64,000 nt of DNA from Gemmatimonadota bacterium. Its GTDB lineage: Bacteria > Gemmatimonadota > Gemmatimonadetes > Gemmatimonadales > GWC2-71-9. The notes under the pieces are model-generated. The model was not told the origin of the DNA and searched no databases. It saw nothing but the letters and a program-made list of their open reading frames with translations. A program made the position numbers and the translations under genes. The stretch lies in contig JANYKV010000087.1 of assembly GCA_025358055.1 (NCBI GenBank), positions 12,797 through 76,796 of the forward strand, written 5' to 3'. Shown piece by piece: positions 10,067 to 19,259 of the stretch (positions within the stretch are counted from its first letter, which is position 1; every line of letters starts with the position of its first letter).

Positions 10067-10309
10067 ATGCAGACCAAGCTCACCCTCCGCCTCGAAGATC
10101 GGCTCATCCGCCGGGCGAAAGCCTACGCCCATCGCTCTGGGAAAAGCCTGTCAGAGCTGGTCGCAGACCTGTTTGCTCGGCTCCATGCTCCCGCCCCCGA
10201 GCAGGCGGAGCCCCAATCACCAGCTGTTCGCTCGCTGGCCGGCGCGCTTGAGGGCAAGCACCTGGATCGAGAAGACTACCGAGCCCACCTGACCAACAAG
10301 CACCACTAG
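10067..10309 (+). CDS. Ribbon-helix-helix antitoxin (DUF6364-like)
   Basis: MQTKLTLRLEDRLIRRAKAYA..GKSLSELV...YRAHLTNKH, directly upstream of a PIN gene. Confidence 0.85.
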   Translation: MQTKLTLRLEDRLIRRAKAYAHRSGKSLSELVADLFARLHAPAPEQAEPQSPAVRSLAGALEGKHLDREDYRAHLTNKHH

Positions 10310-10316
10310 GGCGGGC

Positions 10317-10736
10317 ATGCGCGTTCTCTTCGATACCAATATTGTCCTCGATGTGCTGCTTGCGCGCGAGCCGCACGCGGCTCCGGCGACCGTCCTGTTT
10401 GACTACGTCGCGCGCAAAGACCTCGACGGCCTACTTGGCGCAACCACCCTCACTACGATCTTCTATCTGGCTGCGAAGGCTAGCTCCCCGGCCCAAGCCC
10501 GTCGCCACGTCCACACCCTCCTGGACCTCTTCGAGATCGCGGCGGTTACCCGGCCCGTCCTCGCGGAAGCGCTGGAAGGCGGCTTCAAGGACTATGAGGA
10601 TGCGGTCCTGCACGCGGCCGCGCGGCAAGCGGCGGCCACGGCCATTGTCACTCGTGACCCTACCGGCTTCGCGGCAAGCAAGCTGCGGATCTACGGCCCT
10701 GCCGAGTTGCTCCGGCTGGTTCGGGCGGCAGAGTAG
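10317..10736 (+). CDS. PIN-domain (VapC-like) toxin
   Basis: VLFDTNIVLD, FKDYEDA, IVTRD acidic PIN motifs. Confidence 0.9.
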   Translation: MRVLFDTNIVLDVLLAREPHAAPATVLFDYVARKDLDGLLGATTLTTIFYLAAKASSPAQARRHVHTLLDLFEIAAVTRPVLAEALEGGFKDYEDAVLHAAARQAAATAIVTRDPTGFAASKLRIYGPAELLRLVRAAE

Positions 10737-10741
10737 ACACC

Positions 10742-10770
10742 GAGCTGAGAACTTCCTGCACGCTCAGCTC
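10742..10770 (+). terminator. Hairpin after the TA operon
   Basis: GAGCTGAG...CTCAGCTC inverted repeat just after the PIN stop; no clear U-tract. Confidence 0.3.
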
Positions 10771-10844
10771 CTCGGATTGTGGCATGTTCCCGTAACGCCT
10801 ATTGTACGATTCCGTCGTCCGCATTCACCAACGATGGGGGTCCG

Positions 10845-12197
10845 TTGAGACTATTTCTGGTTGCTCTCACCCTGCTGCGGTTTGCGGCGGCGGAGGTTGT
10901 CGCCCAAAACCATGCCTTGCCGCCCTCAACCTATTCCGAGCGGCGCACCGTGGCCTTCAACCGCATCGGCTCGGACCTCCTGATCGTTCCTGCCCGAGCG
11001 TCATTTCTGCTTGACGACGAGATGGGCTATGTCCAGGCTCCGGATTTCCAATATCTCACCGGCCTGGAACATTTGGTCGGGGCAGTTTTGGTGCTGGACG
11101 GAAAGGTGCGATCGGCCACCCTCTTTGCGCCTCGGGCGAGCCGGCTCATCACGCGCTGGTTGGTCTCGCCGGGCCCGGAGTCGGCCGCCGCGCTCGGCTT
11201 GAAGGAGGTGCTTCCGATCGAGTCGCTCGACGAGTGGATCACGCGAAGGCTCAAGGAGTCCTCAGGTCGGGTATCCGTCGCATCGGTGGATGCGAGAGGA
11301 CCGGTGGATACTCCGATACCGATGGCGAATTCCGTCGCGCGCTGGCGGGCCCACCTCCAGGCGCTCGGCGCCACCACGGTGGAATCGGCCACGTCGGTGC
11401 TCCGGCCACTGCGAGAGATCAAGAGCCCCGCTGAAATCGAAATCCTCCGAACCGTCGGAAAAGCGAGTGGCGCGGCGATGATCGCGGGAATCAGGGCTCT
11501 CCGCCCGGGGCGGTGGCAACGGGAGACCGAGATCGCGGTCGTCAACGGATGCGCCGAGGCCGGCGCACGGGGAGTGTCCTTCTGGCCGTGGACTATGAGC
11601 GGACCGAATGCTCAATTCAGCGAGCTATTCTCGTCGTTCGAGGACTACGACCATTTGAATCGGCAGATGAAGCGCGGCGAAGTAGTTCGGGTCGATGTCG
11701 GCTGCCAGCTGGATCACTATATGGGCGATGTGGGGCGTACCGCGCCGGTGGGAGGCAAATTCGACGCGGGGCAGCGCGAGGCCTGGGACCTCTTCATCGC
11801 GGGCTATCGCGCCGGTCTTCCCCACATCAGAGACGGCGCTTCAACTAAAGCAGTTTACGATGTGGCTCTTGCGGAGATTCGTCGCCGGCAGCCGACCTTG
11901 AAGACCGCACTCGGGAAGAAGGCGGCGGCCGTGTTGCTCGCTCCCGATGGCACCGAGCCCTGGGAAATTCATGGGGTCGGGCTAGACGACGCGGAGGGAT
12001 TGCCGGACACCCTCCACACCGGGATGGTCGTCGCCTACGAATTGATGTACGCGGTGGACGGCTACGGATTCTATCTCGAAGACATGATCGCGGTCGGAAA
12101 AGACGGGCCGGATCTACTCACTCCCGGGCTCCCGTATACCGCCGCTCAGATCGAGGCCGTCATGAGACGTGGAACAACAAAGCCGACCCGCCCATAG
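10845..12197 (+). CDS. Exported Xaa-Pro aminopeptidase (M24B)
   Basis: Signal peptide from TTG 10845; FQYLTG AMP_N domain, LREIKSPAEI, metal ligands in DVGC..GDVGRT, HGVGL, E, LED. Confidence 0.85.
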   Translation: MRLFLVALTLLRFAAAEVVAQNHALPPSTYSERRTVAFNRIGSDLLIVPARASFLLDDEMGYVQAPDFQYLTGLEHLVGAVLVLDGKVRSATLFAPRASRLITRWLVSPGPESAAALGLKEVLPIESLDEWITRRLKESSGRVSVASVDARGPVDTPIPMANSVARWRAHLQALGATTVESATSVLRPLREIKSPAEIEILRTVGKASGAAMIAGIRALRPGRWQRETEIAVVNGCAEAGARGVSFWPWTMSGPNAQFSELFSSFEDYDHLNRQMKRGEVVRVDVGCQLDHYMGDVGRTAPVGGKFDAGQREAWDLFIAGYRAGLPHIRDGASTKAVYDVALAEIRRRQPTLKTALGKKAAAVLLAPDGTEPWEIHGVGLDDAEGLPDTLHTGMVVAYELMYAVDGYGFYLEDMIAVGKDGPDLLTPGLPYTAAQIEAVMRRGTTKPTRP

Positions 12198-12247
12198 TGT
12201 CACTTTGTGCTTGAAGGACGCTCCCGGCTGCTGAACGGCATGCGATC

Positions 12248-12478
12248 ATGAGCTGGCTCACCATTTTTGGCCTTGTCGCTGTAACCGCGATGCTGGTGTT
12301 TTACGCGCTCGAGTCTCGGAGTCATTGGTTCATCTTGGCCCTTGCTGTGGCCTGCGTGCTCGGCTCAGTATATGGGTTCCTCCAAGGAGCGTGGCCATTC
12401 GGTGTGATCGAGGCCATCTGGTCCCTGGTCGCGATTCATCGCTGGTGGCGAGGTGTCCGCCCGATCCCGTCAAAGTGA
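12248..12478 (+). CDS. Small membrane protein
   Basis: 76 aa with three hydrophobic segments, YGFLQGAWPFGVIEAIW. Confidence 0.75.
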   Translation: MSWLTIFGLVAVTAMLVFYALESRSHWFILALAVACVLGSVYGFLQGAWPFGVIEAIWSLVAIHRWWRGVRPIPSK

Positions 12479-12525
12479 CCCGTGCGCGGGGCCTCTAGTC
12501 GGTTGACGGCCTGACACCGGACGGT

Positions 12526-14016
12526 ATGATTATCGACCTCCCTTCAACAAGGATTGTCCCCCTGGAATCGTACCAGATGCATATCGACGGGAAGGCCGCC
12601 AAAGCGGCTTCGGGCGGGACGTTCGACGTCTACGACCCATCCACAGAGCAGGTGATCGCCACCTGCCCCGCCGCCGGTGCCGCCGACATCGATCGAGCCG
12701 TGCTCGCCGCAAAACGAGCCTTCTATGAGGGCTGGAAGACCACGGCCGCCCAAGAACGAGGCCGGATCCTTTTCCGCCTGGCCGACCGGATCCGGGCCCG
12801 CCGGGGAGAGCTCGCGGAACTCGAGACTCGCAACTCGGGAAAGCCGATCGTCGAGGCCGAATACGACATGGACGATGCGGCGACCTGCTTCGAGTACTAT
12901 GGCGGACTCGCGACCAAAATCAACGGCGAAGTGCTTCCGGTGCCCGCGGACGCGATTGCCTTCGCGATGAAGGAGCCGATGGGGGTGGCCGGACAGATCA
13001 TTCCATGGAACTTTCCCTTGTTGATGGCCGCTTGGAAAATCGCGCCAGCCTTGGCCGCCGGCTGCACGGTTATTCTCAAGCCGGCCGAGCAAACGCCGCT
13101 CACCATCCTGAAGCTGGCCGAAGACTTCGAAGCGGTTGGGCTTCCCGCCGGGGTGGTGAACATCGTCACCGGCGACGGCCCGGGAGCCGGAGCGGCGCTG
13201 GTCGCGCATCGCGACGTGCGCAAGATTGCGTTCACCGGTAGCGCGGAAGTCGGGCGCCTCATCATGCGCGGTGCCGCGGATCATCTCAAGCGGGTTTCCC
13301 TCGAATTGGGGGGGAAGTCACCGAACATTTTTTTCAGCGACGCCGATTTCGAGAATGCGGTCGATGGCGCACTTTTCGGCACCTTCATCAATCAGGGTGA
13401 AGTCTGTTCGGCGGGAAGCCGGGTGTTGGTGCAAAAGGACATCTACAAGAAATTCGTCGATGCGGCCGCCGCAAAGGCCAAAACGATCAAGCTCGGCCCC
13501 GGGCTCGACCGAGACACCAAAATGGGACCCCTCGTCAGCAAAGAGCAGCGGGATCGGGTGGCGGGGTACCTCAAGATCGGCGCGGGAGAAGCCAAGGTGG
13601 CAGCGGGTGGTGGCGTGCCCCGACAGTTCAGCACCGGCTGGTACGTCGAGCCGACGATTTTCTACGATGTCGACAATTCCGCCCGCATCGCACAGGAAGA
13701 GATCTTCGGGCCGGTGATGAGCATCATTCCCTTCACGGACGAAGCCGACGCGATCCGGATCGCCAACGCCACCGAGTATGGCCTGGCGGCCGCGGTCTGG
13801 ACTCGCGACATCTTCAAGGCATTTCGGGTCGTTCGCTCACTCGAGGCCGGCATTGTGTGGGTCAATCACATGCAGCCGACGTTCGTCGAGGCACCGTGGG
13901 GCGGCTATAAGTCCTCGGGGTTTGGCCGCGAGCTGGGGCATTGGGGCGTCGAGGAGTACCTCGAGACCAAACAGGTGTACATCAATCTCGATGAAAAGCC
14001 GATTGGGTGGTATTGA
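12526..14016 (+). CDS. Aldehyde dehydrogenase (aminoaldehyde/betaine-aldehyde type)
   Basis: IPWNFP, KPAEQTP, FTGS, LELGGKSP, NQGEVCSAG catalytic Cys, EEIFGP. Confidence 0.92.
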   Translation: MIIDLPSTRIVPLESYQMHIDGKAAKAASGGTFDVYDPSTEQVIATCPAAGAADIDRAVLAAKRAFYEGWKTTAAQERGRILFRLADRIRARRGELAELETRNSGKPIVEAEYDMDDAATCFEYYGGLATKINGEVLPVPADAIAFAMKEPMGVAGQIIPWNFPLLMAAWKIAPALAAGCTVILKPAEQTPLTILKLAEDFEAVGLPAGVVNIVTGDGPGAGAALVAHRDVRKIAFTGSAEVGRLIMRGAADHLKRVSLELGGKSPNIFFSDADFENAVDGALFGTFINQGEVCSAGSRVLVQKDIYKKFVDAAAAKAKTIKLGPGLDRDTKMGPLVSKEQRDRVAGYLKIGAGEAKVAAGGGVPRQFSTGWYVEPTIFYDVDNSARIAQEEIFGPVMSIIPFTDEADAIRIANATEYGLAAAVWTRDIFKAFRVVRSLEAGIVWVNHMQPTFVEAPWGGYKSSGFGRELGHWGVEEYLETKQVYINLDEKPIGWY

Positions 14017-14033
14017 GAGGAAAAGGGAAAAGG

Positions 14034-14101
14034 GACGGCAACAAAAAGACGGCAAGAGGAAGACGGCAGGACGGCAGGACGGCAGGACGGCAGGACGGCA
14101 G
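14034..14101. repeat. Tandem repeat (GACGGCAG)x5 with two degenerate upstream units
   Basis: Five perfect units at 14062-14101; GACGGCAA at 14034 and 14048. Confidence 0.9.
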
Positions 14102-14116
14102 GAGAACATCGCAAAC

Positions 14117-14139
14117 GTAGGGGCACGGCATGCCGTGCC
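14117..14139 (+). repeat. GTAG-type REP-like palindrome
   Basis: GTAG followed by G and the perfect palindrome GGCACGGCATGCCGTGCC. Confidence 0.65.
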
Positions 14140-14183
14140 TTTCTGGAGGTCGCGGTGACGAGCCAAACCGAGGTGCGGCCAGA

Positions 14184-14927
14184 ATGAGCGGGGCACCCTC
14201 TGCAAGCCATTCCGTCTCTCACCACCTCCGTTTGGACGTGGCGGATTACGATCGGATCATCCGGACGTTCATTCCGGCGTACGACACAATGCTTGCCACG
14301 ATAGCCTTCTGGGTCGGGCAGGCCGTCCCGGACACCGGGGGGGTGGTGGATTTGGGCGGTGGAACTGGTGGTCTCGCCGAGTCGCTTCTCAATCGTCTCC
14401 CCCAAATCCGGCTCGAGTTTGTGGATGGTGATCCCGAAATGCTCCGGATTGCCGAGACGCGTCTTTGGCGGTTTCGCGATCGTGTCCAGTTCCATCAGCA
14501 GCGGTTCGAAGAACCACTCCCTCCGGCCGCCGCCGTGGTTGCATCATTCGCGCTGCATCACATCCTTGAGTTGGACCAGAAACGCCACGTCTATGCCAAC
14601 GTGTTTAGCGCGCTCGAGCCCGGCGGTGTGTTTCTCAACGGCGACGTTACGATGAGCCAAGATTCCTGGGTCCGCGAGCGGGAGTACGGCCTGTGGAGGG
14701 CCCACATGGCCACCCAAGGTATTGGTGAGGAGAAAGCGCGAGAGCACTTTGCGGCTTGGGCGGCCGAAGATCGGTACTTTTCTGCCGACGAGGAACTCGG
14801 TGCCCTTCGACAGGCAGGGTTCCTCCATCCCGAATGCCTCTGGAAAGATGGGCCCGCAACAGTGATCGGTGCGGTGCGTACGATGGTCCAGGGGAGTGTA
14901 TCGACCGAGACCAGCTTACCTTTGTAG
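14184..14927 (+). CDS. Class I SAM-dependent methyltransferase
   Basis: VVDLGGGTG motif I, SFALHH, LEPGGVFLNGD. Confidence 0.85.
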   Translation: MSGAPSASHSVSHHLRLDVADYDRIIRTFIPAYDTMLATIAFWVGQAVPDTGGVVDLGGGTGGLAESLLNRLPQIRLEFVDGDPEMLRIAETRLWRFRDRVQFHQQRFEEPLPPAAAVVASFALHHILELDQKRHVYANVFSALEPGGVFLNGDVTMSQDSWVREREYGLWRAHMATQGIGEEKAREHFAAWAAEDRYFSADEELGALRQAGFLHPECLWKDGPATVIGAVRTMVQGSVSTETSLPL

Positions 14928-15027
14928 GCTTCACCCCGAGCAGGTAGCCCTCTTCACTCATGTCGCGGCGTGTAGCGTGCTCTCTACTCTGATTCCCGGC
15001 CGTCTCACGGCGGTTCGGACCAACCCT

Positions 15028-15948
15028 TTGAAGTCCTTCCGGGCGATCGATCGCCTGACCTTGTTGTACATCCTGGTCGCGACGATCGTGCTCATCGCCC
15101 ACTTTGCCGGCTGGCGCGGCGCTGACCCCAGTAATTCCGAAGTGGCGTGGCTCGTGACCGCACACGTCTTGGTGGTCGCTTTGGCTGTCCTGGCCCCATT
15201 CGCTCGCGCCCAAAATCCATCGAAACACAATTTTTGGGCCGAATGGTATCCCGCGTTCATCATGACGGGACTCTATTCCAGCGTCGGCCTGTTGAACGGC
15301 GGCGAGGAGTGGGGTGGTGTCGTCGTGTTCGATCGTCTTGTTCAGCGGTGGGATGTCGCGGTGTTCGGCCATGACATCGCCAAGGATACGATTCGCAATT
15401 ACCCCAGCGCCTGGATTTCATGGATCTTGAATCTCTCTTATCTCGCCTACTACGTCCTTATAATCTGTAGTCCCGCGGTGCTGTGGGCCAAGGGTAAGCG
15501 AGGCGCGGCGCGACAGGCGTTGTTTGCCATCTGCCTCATTTTTTTCATCTGCTATATCGTGTTCTTGTTCTTCCCTGTGGCCGGCCCGCAGTATTTTTGG
15601 TCGATCCCGAGCAACGCCTATACGCGTACCGGGGCGGCGCGACTCGTCTATTGGATCATGGAACGGGGTGACGCGTGGGGGTCGGCCTTCCCTTCGAGCC
15701 ACGTTGCCGCAGCAGTCGTGGCCACGGTCTTCGCGTTTCGCGGGTGGAAGCCGCTTGGCTGGGTGCTGCTCCTGCCGACATTGGGGATTTGCCTCGCCGT
15801 GGTATTCACCCAGGTGCACTACGGCGTGGATGCGTTGGCTGGCCTCCTTCTCGCGGCGCTCATCTGCCCCCTAATTCCATTGCTCTGTCCGGTGGAAGAA
15901 GCTCCCAATTGCGGAGCAGTGGCGGCGGAAGCGGCTGTGGCGGCCTAA
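15028..15948 (+). CDS. PAP2/Aur1-like membrane phosphoesterase
   Basis: FPVAGP, AFPSSHVA, VHYGVD and multiple TM segments; start uncertain. Confidence 0.8.
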   Translation: MKSFRAIDRLTLLYILVATIVLIAHFAGWRGADPSNSEVAWLVTAHVLVVALAVLAPFARAQNPSKHNFWAEWYPAFIMTGLYSSVGLLNGGEEWGGVVVFDRLVQRWDVAVFGHDIAKDTIRNYPSAWISWILNLSYLAYYVLIICSPAVLWAKGKRGAARQALFAICLIFFICYIVFLFFPVAGPQYFWSIPSNAYTRTGAARLVYWIMERGDAWGSAFPSSHVAAAVVATVFAFRGWKPLGWVLLLPTLGICLAVVFTQVHYGVDALAGLLLAALICPLIPLLCPVEEAPNCGAVAAEAAVAA

Positions 15949-15987
15949 TCCGGAGTGGCCCCTCTGCCGCGCCGAGAAAAATGCTGC

Positions 15988-17193
15988 TTAGTTCTTCTTC
16001 CCACCTCCACCCTGTTCGATCACAGCGCCAACCACCCGGTCAATTGCCACTCTAACAGGCAAGCTGGGACCGTCGAGGACGTTCCACCCGGTGAATACGA
16101 TGACCAGATCGTACTCGGGTATCGCGATCGGCCGCTGCCCGCCGAAGCCCGAGCCCGCGAACGCCAGCTTCGTACCGTCCTTACCATAGGGATAGAGCCA
16201 CCATTTGAGGCCGTACTTGATGCCGCCGGAAACACTGATGCTGGGTGTGATCGATGCCTTTACCCAATCCGGCTCCACGACCGCCTTACCGTCCCAAACG
16301 CCGTTCTTGAGGAAGAGATAGGCGATCTTCGCGAGATCGTGTACCTCCAAATAGAGACCTCCCTCGGTATCCACTGCTCCCGTCGGCGTCCGCTTCCAGA
16401 AGTAGTGGTCGATGCCGAGCGGGGCAAAAAGATACTGCTGGGCATACTCCTCGACGTCCTTGCCCGTGGCGACCCTAAAGATCTGCGACAGCAATTCAGT
16501 CGCGCCGCTATTGTAGTTGAAGACGGTGCCCGGCTCAGTCTCCATTGGCCGGTCGATCGTGTATTGAATCCAATCGGGGCTCGCCTCCATGCCGCTCCCG
16601 GTGTTGTTCGGGTCGGTATAGGGCAAGCCCTCATTCCACGAGAGTCCGGCCGTCATCGTCAGCAAATGACGGATGGTGAGGCGCCGCTTTCGGTCGTCGA
16701 TATTGGCGACCTTGGTCGTATCGAAAAACGTGAGGATCGGCGTATCAAGCGAAGGAAAAGCTTTGCGCGCGGTCGCGACCCCGATCACGACCGACGTGAC
16801 CGTCTTGGTGACGGACTGCAATGAGTGGAGGTCGCCCCGGTGATAGAACGGATGCCACCACGGGTTGAGATAGTTGTACGGACCGGATGGATCGTGAGCG
16901 TTGAGGGCTCCGGGTTTGCCGGCGTCCGGGCCGTTGATGCGGTCATAGTCGCGCTTATAGGAGCGGTCGTACGCGACCTTGCCGTGGCGGATGACCAACA
17001 TCGCGTCCACGTTGCCGTATTTCCCGGAGGCGATCTCGGCGTCGAGAGCGGCGAGCGCCTTGGCGTCCAGCCCGACGGCGGCCGGCAACGCAGTGGGCCA
17101 TCGTTTGGTGGGCCACTGCGTCTGAGCCATGACGCCGGGAGCCAAGAGGACTGCCAAGAAGAACGCACAAACTGGATGTCTGACGCGCATCAC
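15988..17193 (-). CDS. Exported serine hydrolase (beta-lactamase class C/NylB-like fold)
   Basis: Signal peptide, SVTK (SxxK), HLLTMTAG, FNYNS, GFGGQ. Confidence 0.88.
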   Translation of the reverse strand: MMRVRHPVCAFFLAVLLAPGVMAQTQWPTKRWPTALPAAVGLDAKALAALDAEIASGKYGNVDAMLVIRHGKVAYDRSYKRDYDRINGPDAGKPGALNAHDPSGPYNYLNPWWHPFYHRGDLHSLQSVTKTVTSVVIGVATARKAFPSLDTPILTFFDTTKVANIDDRKRRLTIRHLLTMTAGLSWNEGLPYTDPNNTGSGMEASPDWIQYTIDRPMETEPGTVFNYNSGATELLSQIFRVATGKDVEEYAQQYLFAPLGIDHYFWKRTPTGAVDTEGGLYLEVHDLAKIAYLFLKNGVWDGKAVVEPDWVKASITPSISVSGGIKYGLKWWLYPYGKDGTKLAFAGSGFGGQRPIAIPEYDLVIVFTGWNVLDGPSLPVRVAIDRVVGAVIEQGGGGKKN

Positions 17194-17250
17194 GCCTCCG
17201 TGGAAGGGTCATCCCGAACCGGGCGGGCTGGGCGATTGATCGAGACGCCA

Positions 17251-17679
17251 CTAGTCATCGGGCGCCGCGGGCTCCGGCTGTATCGGGCCAGCGTTCTCGG
17301 CCCGAATGTCGGCGAAGATGAAGTTCTCCGATGCTACGGGCGCGCCGGCCAACGGGCCCTGAAGAAATTGTTCGTCGCTGATGCGAGCATGAAGCGCGTT
17401 ATCGGCGAAGTCGTCTCGTAACGCCTCCACCGTAGTATGGAACCGCACGATCTCCTCGGCCATGGTCGCCAGCCGAGGAGGCGCAAATTCGCCTCCGCGG
17501 AGCATCGTACGCGCGTAACCGACGACGCTCGTCATGTGCCAAAGGACCTCGTGGGGCGTACGCACATGGGAGCCCGCCTGAAAATCAGCGAAGTGCTCGG
17601 GCGCCCCACGAAGCGCCTTTTGCGTACGATACGCGAGCGCGGCGGCAAAATGTTGAAGCAAACGGCGAGAGTCGGTCAT
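17251..17679 (-). pseudogene. DinB-like protein with apparent in-frame internal deletion
   Basis: LAYRTQKALRGAP...RTPHEVLWHM family signature; LQGPLA is joined directly to GAPVASENFI, so the usual DxxTHxGQL..LRRL segment is missing. Confidence 0.55.
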
Positions 17680-17885
17680 GAGGCGATCAGATGAATGTAA
17701 CGATCGGTACCCATCCGGGCACCGGTTTTCGAACCCGCTCTCAATTGGGCCACCGTGGACTTGCCGGACCCACTACGGCCATCGATCGCAACGAGGAGCC
17801 GTTGAGAATGGCTTCGCGCACGCCGGCGAACCTCGGCGAGGACGACTTGGACGGCCAGCTCAGTCTCGGGGGTTACGCTATTCAC
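17676..17885 (-). pseudogene. Truncated P-loop (uridine kinase-like) gene stub
   Basis: LLVAIDGRSGSGKSTVAQL, then unrelated sequence and a stop; only 69 aa. Confidence 0.65.
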
Positions 17886-17900
17886 CGGAGGCCTTGCACA

Positions 17901-18275
17901 CTAGCGAGCGGCGTAAAGCATTGCTACGAGCGCAATGAGGAAGAGCGGCATGGCCGCCAGGGCCATCCCGACGACCAGGCGAGCATCAACCATCCGCCCC
18001 AGCCGGCGTCGCCTGATGGCAAAGGCGACTCCAACGAGAATCATCATGCCGCTCAGGGCCGCGCCGGCCACCGTGAGGCGATTGCTCCCTGGACTCCGAC
18101 CGAGCGAGGCGGCTTGGGCCATCCCGATGATCGTGGGGAGCACCAGGGCAACGAACACCGGAAGTGGTGTCAGGAGGAGGTATACGCGCTCGCCGGGAGA
18201 GATGTCTCCGGTCGAAGCCCGCGACAAAACCACACCGAGCAACACCGCGATCCCAAAGGTGATCAAGGCAATCAT
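17901..18275 (-). CDS. Hypothetical membrane protein (about 4 TM)
   Basis: Alternating hydrophobic segments from ATG 18275. Confidence 0.55.
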   Translation of the reverse strand: MIALITFGIAVLLGVVLSRASTGDISPGERVYLLLTPLPVFVALVLPTIIGMAQAASLGRSPGSNRLTVAGAALSGMMILVGVAFAIRRRRLGRMVDARLVVGMALAAMPLFLIALVAMLYAAR

Positions 18276-18555
18276 GGCATGACATCGATCGCGAGGTCCA
18301 CGCTGACAGGAAGGGGCTGCCACCCATGTCTGAATGTCGCCTATAGCGCTCGACACCCGTCGTTACAAGGCCCACCCAAAATATGAGCCGCAGCGCCGGG
18401 CGCCAAATCAGCCCTCCTCGCGGACGATCACGTCGCGTCGCGTGTAGGCCGATGATGAGGCTGAGGGAAGACGAGAATGGCCCGAACGGAGGACAGCGAA
18501 ACGAATCAGAAAAATGGTGGAGTCCCCTCGGAGTGAATGATTCAGTCGGCCCAGA

Positions 18556-19134
18556 TCAGCTGGACGCGCGTTCGGCGGCCCAACGCCGCTCGGCTTTCCG
18601 GCGAATCGCAGGCAGCAGAAGGAGGCGAATGCTGACGATCCCAAACCGGGCCCAGCGCCAGTACCTACGGAAGTTGCTCCGGGCCTGGGCATCCGTCGCG
18701 GCCGCGCGCGTCTCGTGGGTGAAGCGCGTGACGGCAGGACCGAGCAGATCGGTTTCGAGCGTCCAGGCGATCTTTACCTCGTTTGGCTCCGCGTAGGCTA
18801 CGAATTGTTCGGCCGGCAACGGTGTGAAGCCGGCGTCGGCCTGCCAAGGCTGACAGACCGCTCCACAAACAATCAAGCGGCCCGGCTGTTCGACCAATAC
18901 CACCCAACCCATACGCTTCATCTCCGCCAGCAGACCCTGTGGCTCTCGCGGCGCGGACGGTGCGGAACGCATAAGCACCTCCCGAAGTCGGAATATGGCA
19001 CGCACGAGAGCCGGCGACTGGAGATCGAAATTGGCCGCGACCTCCATGACGAGAGGGGCGGGGGCCTTGATGGTGGTGTAAAAGCGCTCCCGCACATCCG
19101 GCCTAGGGATAAACGGATCAAGCGGCGATGACAT
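18556..19134 (-). CDS. Hypothetical protein (DUF2867-like)
   Basis: LDPFIPRPDVRER..IKAP...KIAW...ETRAAATD..AR..FRRYW conserved-looking pattern. Confidence 0.7.
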   Translation of the reverse strand: MSSPLDPFIPRPDVRERFYTTIKAPAPLVMEVAANFDLQSPALVRAIFRLREVLMRSAPSAPREPQGLLAEMKRMGWVVLVEQPGRLIVCGAVCQPWQADAGFTPLPAEQFVAYAEPNEVKIAWTLETDLLGPAVTRFTHETRAAATDAQARSNFRRYWRWARFGIVSIRLLLLPAIRRKAERRWAAERASS

Positions 19135-19259
19135 TTGATGACGAATGGGAGACTCACCCGCCTCCAATTGAGGTGCATCGATTGTTGGCTGCCCGGCGGC
19201 GCGGCGCGGGATCCGCAGGGGCTACGGAGAATTCGATTGGGAAATGTTGCCGCTGGTGA

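Noticed and set aside
14062-14101. Possible CRISPR array
   Set aside because: The 8-bp units are contiguous with no spacers, and there are no cas genes; this is a simple tandem repeat.
18505-18545. tRNA/tmRNA 3'-end-like CTCCACCA-TTTTT on the minus strand (possible att site)
   Set aside because: No T-arm (GTTCGA) or cloverleaf upstream and no second copy in the window.
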